NCBI GenBank assembly: GCA_045600805.1
Contig: JAZRYQ010000020.1
Location: forward strand, 1-40,061
Length of the DNA stretch: 40,061 nucleotides
Source of the DNA: Candidatus Alloscillospira sp.
GTDB lineage: Bacteria > Bacillota > Clostridia > Oscillospirales > Oscillospiraceae
Reading direction: 5' to 3'
Position numbers and translations under genes: made by a program. This document shows, in pieces, positions 1-7,409 of this stretch. Each line of letters opens with the position of its first letter. Within the stretch, counting starts at the first letter, position 1. The notes beneath the pieces are model-generated. The model saw only the letters and a program-made list of their open reading frames with translations. It had not been told where the DNA came from and searched no databases.

Positions 1-8
1 ATATTTCA

Positions 9-21
9 CCGAACAGCCGAA
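9..21. repeat. Direct repeat copy A (CCGAACAGCCGAA)
   Basis: Perfect 13-bp match to 1166..1178. The two copies bracket the integrase gene and the terminator hairpin. Confidence 0.7.
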
Positions 22-138
22 AAAAGAAAAATTCGCCGTCAAAATCCTTGATGGCGAGCGTTCCTATCTTGATTTATTCACACTTTTGGAGTATAATAGC
101 GGTAAAGCAACTCCTCTAATATGATATTGGATGATGGA

Positions 139-1068
139 TCACAGTAGCTTGCCTACGCGGTTCATCATTTCTTTTTTGTGCTCTTCCATCGAGTGTGCGT
201 AGCGTTTGAGCGTGATCATCGGGTTGTCGTGACCGAGGATGTCGGCGAGCGTCCGCACATCCATACCGCACTCCAGTGCGCGAGTTGCAAAGGTGTGACG
301 GAGCGAATGGAAGCCACGGTGCGGGATTTTCAGGCGCTTGAGCAGTCCCTCAAAGCTGAGTTGATACGACCGGAGCGAAAGCACTTTGTCCCCGTCGCCG
401 ACTACAAATTTCGATCCGTTTCGCTTCCTCGCTTCTTTCAGATGTGGGAGTATTTGACGTGGGATCGGAATCGTCCGCACCGAGGAATCTGTCTTCGGTG
501 TTCCCGTGATCCTTTCAAATCCACCGCCCAGTTTTGTGGTATCGTGACACGCTTTTGTGACGGATAGTTCTCCCTTTTGAAAGTCAATATCGCTCCATTC
601 GAGAGCCATCACCTCTCCGAGCCGAAGCCCGGTATAGAGGCAAAGCAGAACGCCGATCATTTTCGGTCGGTTGTCGGCAAGCACCGCCGTCTCTATCTGC
701 TTCTGCTCAGCTTTCGTGAAGCATTCGACCTTCTTCTCTTTCACCTTCGGGCGCTTGATTTTGTGAAGCTCATAGGTCGGAACAAGTCCCAATGTGTTTG
801 CCGTCCGCATCGAGTTTTGAATCACGGAAATGGTCAGATTGACCGAGCTTGGGGACATTCCGCCGCCCGTCTTCTGATTTCCGCTTTGAAGTTCCGATGT
901 CACAAACCACTGCACCTCCTGTAAGGTGATTTCGGTCAGTTCCCTGTCGCCGAGTACCAGCATCAGATGTTTTTCGGCGACTTCGGAATAGCGTCTGTAA
1001 GTTTTGTCTTTGGCTGTCGGATGGACGTAATTTTCAAGCCACTCATACAGCCATTCTTTGTATTTCAT
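139..1068 (-). CDS. Tyrosine site-specific recombinase (phage integrase / XerC-D-like, 309 aa)
   Basis: Catalytic boxes are readable in the translation: YTGLRLGEVMALEW (Arg box), HSLRHTFATRALECG (H-x-x-R), LGHDNPMITLKRYAH (catalytic Tyr). There is an N-terminal SAM-like core-binding region. SD-like GAGAGGG lies 5 nt upstream of the ATG. Confidence 0.9.
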   Translation of the reverse strand: MKYKEWLYEWLENYVHPTAKDKTYRRYSEVAEKHLMLVLGDRELTEITLQEVQWFVTSELQSGNQKTGGGMSPSSVNLTISVIQNSMRTANTLGLVPTYELHKIKRPKVKEKKVECFTKAEQKQIETAVLADNRPKMIGVLLCLYTGLRLGEVMALEWSDIDFQKGELSVTKACHDTTKLGGGFERITGTPKTDSSVRTIPIPRQILPHLKEARKRNGSKFVVGDGDKVLSLRSYQLSFEGLLKRLKIPHRGFHSLRHTFATRALECGMDVRTLADILGHDNPMITLKRYAHSMEEHKKEMMNRVGKLL

Positions 1069-1100
1069 ATTGCCCTCTCTTTCATCGTTTTTTCATAGCA

Positions 1101-1141
1101 ACGAAAAAGGAGCCGCACGGAATCTTACTCCGCGCGGCTCC
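1101..1141 (-). terminator. Rho-independent terminator after the transfer operon
   Basis: Minus strand reads GGAGCCGCGCGGA-GTAAGAT-TCCGTGCGGCTCC (13-bp stem, one mismatch, GC-rich) followed by TTTTTCGTT. It lies 100 nt downstream of the stop at 1244. Confidence 0.75.
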
Positions 1142-1165
1142 AGTCTATTTTGGTAAGCTCGTCCT

Positions 1166-1178
1166 CCGAACAGCCGAA
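1166..1178. repeat. Direct repeat copy B (CCGAACAGCCGAA)
   Basis: Perfect 13-bp match to 9..21. It sits between the stop of the 1244..2395 gene and the terminator hairpin. Confidence 0.7.
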
Positions 1179-1243
1179 TAGATGCCGTAGATACGGATTT
1201 ATTTTACCATAAAAATGTGTCTTTTTCAAGACGGCGCTATCAT

Positions 1244-2395
1244 TCAGTCGAAAAGCGCAATCCACAATTCGTCAGTGTCTTTGGAAAGCAGTTTATTGAA
1301 TAGCACCTTTTGATTCTCGTCAAACCTGTACATCTGCTCAATCTGTTTTTGTGACATGGCTGAAACGCAGATATACAGATCTGTCTTGACTACCGTCGTT
1401 TCCGCCAAAAGCATAGTTCCGTCATCCTGCGGTTCGTAATGAGTTTCCGTCACTTCCCGCTCGGTCGTGTAGGAGGCGATATTGTTGATGCTTCTGTAAG
1501 TCTCTTTCAACAGTTCCGCTTTTTCGTCATCGTACTTGTCGGCGTTCTTGGTTCCGTTGATTCTGACCGCATATACAGCCACCGCCAGTTTAAGTTCACA
1601 AGGTTCGCCGGTCACATAGCACATATCGTAATCGTACTCGCTCTTGATTCGTTCTATCTCCTGATAGTATTCGCTTTCTGCTTCTCTCACGGTTTGCGCT
1701 ACGGTCACTCCTTTATCGGTCGTATTGTTTGGCGTAAACACGTTGACTACCGCGCCGATCAAAGCACCGATCATCACGATAATCACAATAATAAGGACTG
1801 CAATCCCACCTCCGGCAGCAATAGCAGCGACGATCCCTTTGACTGCGGCAATCGCCGCTTTGGTTGCGGTAACGACCGCTTTTACAGCGGTTTTCACCGC
1901 TTTGACCGTGGCTTGTGCCGCTTTTTTGGCGGTTTCCGCCGCCTTCTTTGATGCCTTCGCAGTGGTTTGCGCGGCTTTCTTTGCCGTCTTCGCGGTCTTC
2001 TCTGCGTTCTTTACTGCCTGTTCTGCTTTCTTTGCACCGTTTTTCGGAGCAGATAATGCTTGACGCACAGGGGACGGCAACTGTTTGGGCTGTTCGACTT
2101 TGAGATCAAGTTTTTGCGATCGGCTTCGCCATTTCCGAATGTTCTTCCGTGTCTCTTTTATTCCCCAGTTACCGACCTTACCCATCATCAACGCAGAATT
2201 GCGGGCAACTCTTTCTTCGGTAGACTGAACGGCATTACCGGCATACTCGTTTTCGCTCTGATATGCGGTATTCTGCAATTCATCCGTATATTCTTTGGCT
2301 TCCTCCGCTCCGCCCTTGATCTTTTGGCCGAGCGTTTTTGCCCGGTCAAAAGTTTTTACACTTCTCAGTGATTCCCTTGTTTTGATGCTCGGCAT
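1244..2395 (-). CDS. T4SS-associated membrane protein resembling the N-terminal part of CD1108-family proteins; no hydrolase domain present
   Basis: 383 aa. It has an N-terminal MPSIKTRESL... region, a long Ala/Lys-rich amphipathic stretch (AKKAEQAVKNAEKTAKTAKKAAQ...), one TM helix (GGIAVLIIVIIVMIGALIGAVV) and a C-terminal extracytoplasmic part ending ...LLSKDTDELWIALFD. Its position directly after VirB4 is where Firmicutes ICEs usually encode a cell-wall hydrolase. Confidence 0.6.
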   Translation of the reverse strand: MPSIKTRESLRSVKTFDRAKTLGQKIKGGAEEAKEYTDELQNTAYQSENEYAGNAVQSTEERVARNSALMMGKVGNWGIKETRKNIRKWRSRSQKLDLKVEQPKQLPSPVRQALSAPKNGAKKAEQAVKNAEKTAKTAKKAAQTTAKASKKAAETAKKAAQATVKAVKTAVKAVVTATKAAIAAVKGIVAAIAAGGGIAVLIIVIIVMIGALIGAVVNVFTPNNTTDKGVTVAQTVREAESEYYQEIERIKSEYDYDMCYVTGEPCELKLAVAVYAVRINGTKNADKYDDEKAELLKETYRSINNIASYTTEREVTETHYEPQDDGTMLLAETTVVKTDLYICVSAMSQKQIEQMYRFDENQKVLFNKLLSKDTDELWIALFD

Positions 2396-2399
2396 TTAC

Positions 2400-2780
2400 T
2401 TACCTCGCATCGTCTCTCGCTTTGTGAGTCGTTTCCTTTACGGGTTCGGGAAGGAGTTCGTACTTGGCAATCTCATTTCGGTCAAATTGATATTCCAGAT
2501 AGGTACAGTAACCGCTTCTTCCAACCCGTCCGGTAGGCTTACCGAGTTTGTTTTTGACGATAAAATCATGTGCTTCGGGAAAATAGGTAGCATCCACAAA
2601 AGCACAATTCTCTTTCACGGGATAATTCACAAGATTCACCGTGAGCGTTGCAAAGGGTTCAAGAAAATCACCCTCGACACAGTATAACTGTAATGCAAGT
2701 CCGTCGCCCTCTATATAGTGGTCAACGTCGATAACGATGTCGTAATCGACATCAAATTGTTTTAACTTCAAATAGTCCAT
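2400..2780 (-). CDS. Conserved ICE protein, DUF4313-like (126 aa)
   Basis: Compact ORF tightly packed between VirB4 (stop 2783) and the next gene (start 2395). Motifs LTVNL...AFVD...KLGKPTGR..RSGYCTYLEY match my memory of DUF4313. Not verified. Confidence 0.55.
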   Translation of the reverse strand: MDYLKLKQFDVDYDIVIDVDHYIEGDGLALQLYCVEGDFLEPFATLTVNLVNYPVKENCAFVDATYFPEAHDFIVKNKLGKPTGRVGRSGYCTYLEYQFDRNEIAKYELLPEPVKETTHKARDDAR

Positions 2781-2782
2781 GG

Positions 2783-5101
2783 TTATTCTCCAAAACGAGT
2801 CGTTATGAGATTATAAAGCCGCGTGTCCTTTGGCATTTTGTTGACGAAAGGTACCATTGCCGCACCGATCTTCACAAGTCCGTGACCTGCTTCCACGTTG
2901 GTGATATAGCCCATCTGCAAATCGGAAATACCCATAAGACTTGCCAGTTCTTCACGGTCGGTAGATGCCTGATTCAGCATCACGACCAGTTCCGAGTTTG
3001 CAAGCATTGTACGGGCAGTATGCGACTGGAGCAAATCTTCCACATTTTGAGTTATTCCCGTAATAAACGCACCGTACTTACGGACACGCTTCCATAGCGT
3101 AAAGAGGAAGTTTGCCGAGTATTCGTGCTGAAACAGCAAGTAGATTTCATCAATGAAAATATAGGTCTTCCTTCCTTTTGCCTTGTTTGCGGTAATGCGG
3201 TTGAGGATGTTATCAAGCACGACAAGCATACCGATGGGCATCAATGCTCTGCCGAGGTCGTGAATGTCATAACAGATTAGTCTGTTCTTGGTATCCACAT
3301 TGGTTTCGTTGGCAAAGGTATCAAGACTTCCGCTTGTAAACAGTTCGAGCGACAAGGCAATATCCTTTGCTTCGGGTTCGGGCTGTGCTTTGAGTTCTTC
3401 ATAGAAGTCTTTGAGCGTTGGTGCTTTGCCCTCAAAATTATTTCTCATATAGGCGTTGAGCAGATTTGCCGTACAACGGTCGATCAGGGATTTCTGTTTC
3501 GGACCGAGGTTGGAAACCGCCTGCTCGCACAGAGAAAGCATATACTCGGATTTGAGTGTGACAGGGTTCTGCCCATCGGCATAATCAATATTGATGTCCA
3601 TCGCGTTGATGTGGTTCTTACTCGTCGCGGAAATATCCACATTCTCTCCCCCGAACGCATCAATGATCTTACCGTATTCCCGCTCCGGATCAATGATGAT
3701 AATATCCGCATTTTTGTCCGACAGATACAGGTTAATAAGCTCCTGCTTTGCAATCATGGACTTACCCGAACCGGAAACGCCGGTAATGAAGCTGTTGCCG
3801 TTGAGCAGTTCCGAACGGTTGATCATAATCAGATTCTTGCTGATGGCGTTGTTGGCAAAATAGATACCATTGTTGTGGCATACCTCCTGTACGCGGAACG
3901 GCATAAACACGGCAAGAGATTCCGTCGTTAACGTTCTTCGGATATTAAGCTTCGGTACGCCATACGGCAATACCGTGTTGAGTCCTTCCATCTGTTGCCA
4001 ACGCAGAATGTTGAGTGAGCAAAGGTGCTTTCTCGCACACTGACGAATAGATTCCGTATCGGCATCCAACTGCTCTTTGGTGTCGGCGGTATGAACGATG
4101 GTAATGAGTGCCGGAATCATTCTCTGATCACGTGCAACCAAGTCGTTCAAAAACTCTCTGCTTTCTTCTCTTTGCCGTTCCATATCGTATGGGATAACCG
4201 CCGAAAAGTTATTGTTGGTATTCTGCTTTCTTTGCCAATTCGTTATGTTTGTCTCGACGGAGAGAAGCTTATTTTCACCGAGCTTGATAGCTGCATCTGT
4301 TGTGATGGGACTTGCGTCAATCGAAAGGATCAATCCTCGGTCAATATCGGTCAGTTCCGAAAGGAAACTGTCCTTGATGAAGTTGGCATAATCGCGCAGA
4401 TACATCACTCTTCCATATCTGCCGTCCATCTTGAAATAGTCCGTGCGAAACTCATGACTGTCGGGAGCGACACCGTCCTTGAAGCTGTATCCTCTTTTTT
4501 CGTAAAGGCACTCGTCATAGTGGAAATCGTCTTCCGCTCCGTAATGGAAGAAGTCGAAAATCACACGGAGCTTTTCTTCGGTGGATACTTCTTCAAAGTG
4601 AGAGCCGAGTTTTGAAAAAAGTGCCGTAAACTCTGCACAAACCCGATTGAAATATGCTCTCGCTTCTTCGATGTTCTTCTTCTCTACCGTAACAGTCAGA
4701 TACTTGTCCTGAATAATGCCATTTGAAAGATTGGCGTTCCCAGAAAGGATCTTGTTGTATTCGTTACGGTACTTATCCAGTGAATCTCCCATCAGTTCAA
4801 GCATATTGGTCTGCTCAAACTTTGCCTGATTCATTCGACGGTTGTTGATCGTGATTTTTGTCATGGCTCCCGCATCAAACGTGTTGAGGATTTCGGAATA
4901 GGCGAAGAACATACCCTCCTTATCCTCTTTGGAAGCCGTAGCGTAATTGACATCCGTAAACTTGAATGTCTTTGCGTAGAGGTTTCTCCCCACAAGAAAA
5001 ATCCCGTCTTCAAATACGTTTTGAATCGGGATTGCCTGCTCGACAGTGGTCGGAATCACATCCGGCTCAACTGTCTTTTTGTTTTGTTTGAATAAGCTCA
5101 T
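2783..5101 (-). CDS. virB4: VirB4-like conjugal transfer ATPase (772 aa)
   Basis: Walker A GVSGSGKSMIAKQ, Walker B-like TYIFIDEIYLLF, typical size. ATGA overlap with the upstream PrgI-like gene. Confidence 0.92.
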   Translation of the reverse strand: MSLFKQNKKTVEPDVIPTTVEQAIPIQNVFEDGIFLVGRNLYAKTFKFTDVNYATASKEDKEGMFFAYSEILNTFDAGAMTKITINNRRMNQAKFEQTNMLELMGDSLDKYRNEYNKILSGNANLSNGIIQDKYLTVTVEKKNIEEARAYFNRVCAEFTALFSKLGSHFEEVSTEEKLRVIFDFFHYGAEDDFHYDECLYEKRGYSFKDGVAPDSHEFRTDYFKMDGRYGRVMYLRDYANFIKDSFLSELTDIDRGLILSIDASPITTDAAIKLGENKLLSVETNITNWQRKQNTNNNFSAVIPYDMERQREESREFLNDLVARDQRMIPALITIVHTADTKEQLDADTESIRQCARKHLCSLNILRWQQMEGLNTVLPYGVPKLNIRRTLTTESLAVFMPFRVQEVCHNNGIYFANNAISKNLIMINRSELLNGNSFITGVSGSGKSMIAKQELINLYLSDKNADIIIIDPEREYGKIIDAFGGENVDISATSKNHINAMDINIDYADGQNPVTLKSEYMLSLCEQAVSNLGPKQKSLIDRCTANLLNAYMRNNFEGKAPTLKDFYEELKAQPEPEAKDIALSLELFTSGSLDTFANETNVDTKNRLICYDIHDLGRALMPIGMLVVLDNILNRITANKAKGRKTYIFIDEIYLLFQHEYSANFLFTLWKRVRKYGAFITGITQNVEDLLQSHTARTMLANSELVVMLNQASTDREELASLMGISDLQMGYITNVEAGHGLVKIGAAMVPFVNKMPKDTRLYNLITTRFGE

Positions 5102-5439
5102 TTTTTATTACCCTCATTCTCTTTGACAAACTTATTTGTTCCCCGGAAAAGGAGTTTTCTCGGCATCAGTATCTCGCTTCTGATCCATGCCTTCGCAAGC
5201 TGTTCGGCAGACATTCCGTTGTAACGGATAAAGCCGAGTGCCGCAAACGGTGCCGCTCCCAACATACAAAGCCACGATAGTGTCTCTGTATCAAAATAAG
5301 GTCGGCATCCAAAGTAGATACCGACCGCCGCACCGCAGGCAAGTAAAGCGAAGATAAACTGACGAACCGAAAGCCCAAAGAACATTGTCTCGTTATACTC
5401 TTTGATTTCCTTATTTACCTTTACTTCCATATTTTCCAA
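5098..5439 (-). CDS. prgI: PrgI-family (VirB3-like) small membrane protein
   Basis: About 110 aa with two TM helices (FIFALLACGAAVGIYF, WLCMLGAAPFAALGF), directly upstream of and overlapping virB4. The codon at 5439 is TTG, so the first ATG at 5430 (MEVKVNKE...) is the more likely start. Confidence 0.8.
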   Translation of the reverse strand: MENMEVKVNKEIKEYNETMFFGLSVRQFIFALLACGAAVGIYFGCRPYFDTETLSWLCMLGAAPFAALGFIRYNGMSAEQLAKAWIRSEILMPRKLLFRGTNKFVKENEGNKK

Positions 5440-5471
5440 AAGAAAAAGCCGTTACCCAAAAAGATAACGAC
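5438..5471 (-). terminator. Candidate intrinsic terminator downstream of the TA cassette, abutting the prgI start
   Basis: Minus strand reads GUCGUUAUC-UUUUUG-GGUAACGGC (9 bp including two G-U pairs) followed by UUUUUCUUUUGG. The stem is weak. Confidence 0.4.
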
Positions 5472-5481
5472 TTTCATTTCC

Positions 5482-5811
5482 TTATATTTGATTTGTTTTC
5501 CGCAATTGTTCTTCCATATTTCGTCCACCATACAGTACACGGACAATGCTTACAATATGACGTTCGGAATCCGGAATATAATACACAATGTAATGTTCCA
5601 CCGGCATAACACGTAGTCCACGGCTATGCCATGGCTCCTTTTCGTAAGCACGGAATCTTTCCGGCATTTCGTCAAGCTTCAAAATTGCTTTTTCAAGTCT
5701 TGAGATCAATCCGTCGGCAGCAATCGGATTTTGCAGGTCGCAAGCGATATAATCATATATATCGCACAAGTCCTGCTTTGCCTGACTTGTGAGACAAACT
5801 TCAAATGTCAT
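5482..5811 (-). CDS. Type II toxin, RelE/ParE superfamily (109 aa)
   Basis: Size, ATGA overlap with the upstream antitoxin, and ParE-like sequence (...DLCDIYDYIACDLQNPIAADGLISRLEKAILKLDEMPERF...YIVYYIPDSERHIVSIVRVLYGGRN). Confidence 0.85.
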   Translation of the reverse strand: MTFEVCLTSQAKQDLCDIYDYIACDLQNPIAADGLISRLEKAILKLDEMPERFRAYEKEPWHSRGLRVMPVEHYIVYYIPDSERHIVSIVRVLYGGRNMEEQLRKTNQI

Positions 5812-6116
5812 GTTCTCTTTGCCCGACGAATATCCGCAAACGCTTCCTCTGCCTTTTGTGTCCGTCCGGCGGCAATATCCGCAAATCCTTTCTCAAGCTC
5901 TGCGTCAAGTTCTTCCTCGGTCAATCGACTGACATCCGGAACTCTCGGTGCAGGCAATTTCACTTCAAACGGTAATCCGTTCTGTAAAATGATTTGCTTG
6001 TAAAACATCGTAATGGCGTTTGAGGCAGGTATTCCAAGTGCCGCAAGTATCGTTTCTGCCTGCTCTTTCACGTCCGGTTCAATACGTGCATACAAATTTG
6101 CTGATTTTGTAACCAT
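5808..6116 (-). CDS. Type II antitoxin, RelB/DinJ family
   Basis: N-terminal ribbon-helix-helix-type sequence SANLYARIEPDVKEQAETILAALGIPASNAITMFYKQII. 4-nt overlap with the toxin. GGAGG lies 9 nt upstream of the ATG at 6116; the ORF-track start at 6131 sits inside that SD. Confidence 0.85.
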   Translation of the reverse strand: MVTKSANLYARIEPDVKEQAETILAALGIPASNAITMFYKQIILQNGLPFEVKLPAPRVPDVSRLTEEELDAELEKGFADIAAGRTQKAEEAFADIRRAKRT

Positions 6117-6148
6117 ATATTTGACCTCCATTTTTTAAGTCCATATAT

Positions 6149-6200
6149 ATTATACACGATTGTACGCACAAAAGCAATACATTGTTGCAAATTTTTTGTG
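6149..6200 (-). promoter_or_regulatory. Sigma-A type promoter plus inverted-repeat operator for the TA cassette
   Basis: Minus strand has TTGCTT (6177..6172), a 17-nt spacer and TATAAT (6154..6149), about 20 nt upstream of the SD. Inverted repeat CACAAAA/TTTTGTG (6167..6173 and 6194..6200) spans the -35 region, as expected for an autoregulated TA operator. Confidence 0.6.
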
Positions 6201-6216
6201 TAAATTTTTTCCGAAA

Positions 6217-7053
6217 TCAAATTCCCATCATTTTCCCGACCACCTGATCCGAAAGTTTCACTGTTCCGACAAGCACAAGCATATTGAAGATGATCTCGCC
6301 GATATACGTCCATACCTGTGTAATCGCCGACGCGGAAGTATCCACGGACGGTGCTGCTCCGGCAAAGAGCGAGTAAATGATACAGGCGAGAACGATAATG
6401 GCTCCCTCCAAACATACGCCGGCAAACGACTTCAAAAAGCTCTTGCCGATGTTGCTTGTTTCTTCTCCGGCAAAAGAGGACAGCGGAACCGGTGCGATTG
6501 CGACGTACATGAATAATTTAAACATACGCCCATACACGGTCAGAATCAGCACAAAGGATAGTACCCAAACAAGCAAACTACCGATCAAAGTAACTGCCCA
6601 AAGCGGTATACTCTCCCAAAATCCGCAATCCTTTATCGTTTCGATCATACTGCTCGGCATGAAAACTCCCGTCGTTCCTCCGATACCGGAAGCCGACATA
6701 ATCTGTGAGATAATGCCCTGCACGATATTGAAAATCGCAAGCATCAGATCAAGTCCCCATGTAACTGCCGCTTTTGCCAGTACAAATCGGATAAATAGCT
6801 TCAATGCCTGCTCCGGTCGCTTGATCTCCTGCATGGAATTGTAATGCCTCATGATATTTACGAGGAAGAACAGCACAAGCAACGCATATCCGATTGCTTT
6901 GAGTGTGCCATTGATATTCGTCATTACGTTCCACACAGTACCTCCTTTGAAGGAAGTCGGCGACTCTGTCATGAGCCGCCATATTTCATTCAGTTTTTCG
7001 TTCCAAGTGTCGAGGGCATTTTGGATGTTCTCAACTACCCAGTTGTTCGACAT
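6217..7053 (-). CDS. VirB6-like polytopic T4SS membrane protein (CD0415/CD1112-like)
   Basis: 278 aa with about 6 predicted TM helices. It sits between the Maff2-like gene and PrgI/VirB4, as in Clostridial conjugative transposons. Confidence 0.75.
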   Translation of the reverse strand: MSNNWVVENIQNALDTWNEKLNEIWRLMTESPTSFKGGTVWNVMTNINGTLKAIGYALLVLFFLVNIMRHYNSMQEIKRPEQALKLFIRFVLAKAAVTWGLDLMLAIFNIVQGIISQIMSASGIGGTTGVFMPSSMIETIKDCGFWESIPLWAVTLIGSLLVWVLSFVLILTVYGRMFKLFMYVAIAPVPLSSFAGEETSNIGKSFLKSFAGVCLEGAIIVLACIIYSLFAGAAPSVDTSASAITQVWTYIGEIIFNMLVLVGTVKLSDQVVGKMMGI

Positions 7054-7082
7054 TCAATCGCCTCCTTGGTTTTATCATGGGA

Positions 7083-7409
7083 TTAACCGCCGGTGATGAG
7101 CGTCAGAATTTCTTTTGCGAAGGTAATGACAACACCGCCCGCAAGCGTCAGAAATCCCTGTGCTCTCTGCGAGGGATCGTGGGACTTGAGGGACAAACCG
7201 ATCTGCACGACCGCAAATCCGAGCATGATCATACCGACCGCACGGACAAGCCCGAACATAAAGTCAGAGAGGTTGTTGACGACTTGAATGGGATCATCCC
7301 CTGCGGCAAAGCAAGTCACCGCGCACATGCTGACCATCAATACCGCAATCACAACTACCGACCAAATTTTGAGAGCTTTTCTTGCTTTTTCAGGCATTTT
7401 CTTCTGCAT
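7083..7409 (-). CDS. Maff2-family small membrane protein
   Basis: Signal-anchor plus second TM (IWSVVVIAVLMVSMCAVTCFAAG...GMIMLGFAVVQIGL) and C-terminal LAGGVVITFAKEILTLITGG, immediately downstream of virD4. Start is uncertain (in-frame ATGs at 7421, 7409, 7397). The 150-aa ORF-track version runs deep into virD4. Confidence 0.65.
   Translation of the reverse strand: MQKKMPEKARKALKIWSVVVIAVLMVSMCAVTCFAAGDDPIQVVNNLSDFMFGLVRAVGMIMLGFAVVQIGLSLKSHDPSQRAQGFLTLAGGVVITFAKEILTLITGG

Noticed and set aside
69-97. Near-consensus plus-strand promoter (TTGATT-17-TATAAT) downstream of the integrase stop
   Set aside because: It points into the antisense of the integrase gene with no plus-strand ORF behind it. 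It is a single AT-rich hit that could be chance. It might matter as an antisense or junction promoter, but nothing in the window supports that.
6068-6415. 115-aa minus-strand ORF spanning the TA promoter region
   Set aside because: It overlaps the 3' end of the VirB6-like gene and the start of the antitoxin gene in other frames and crosses the promoter. It shows no coding-like features.
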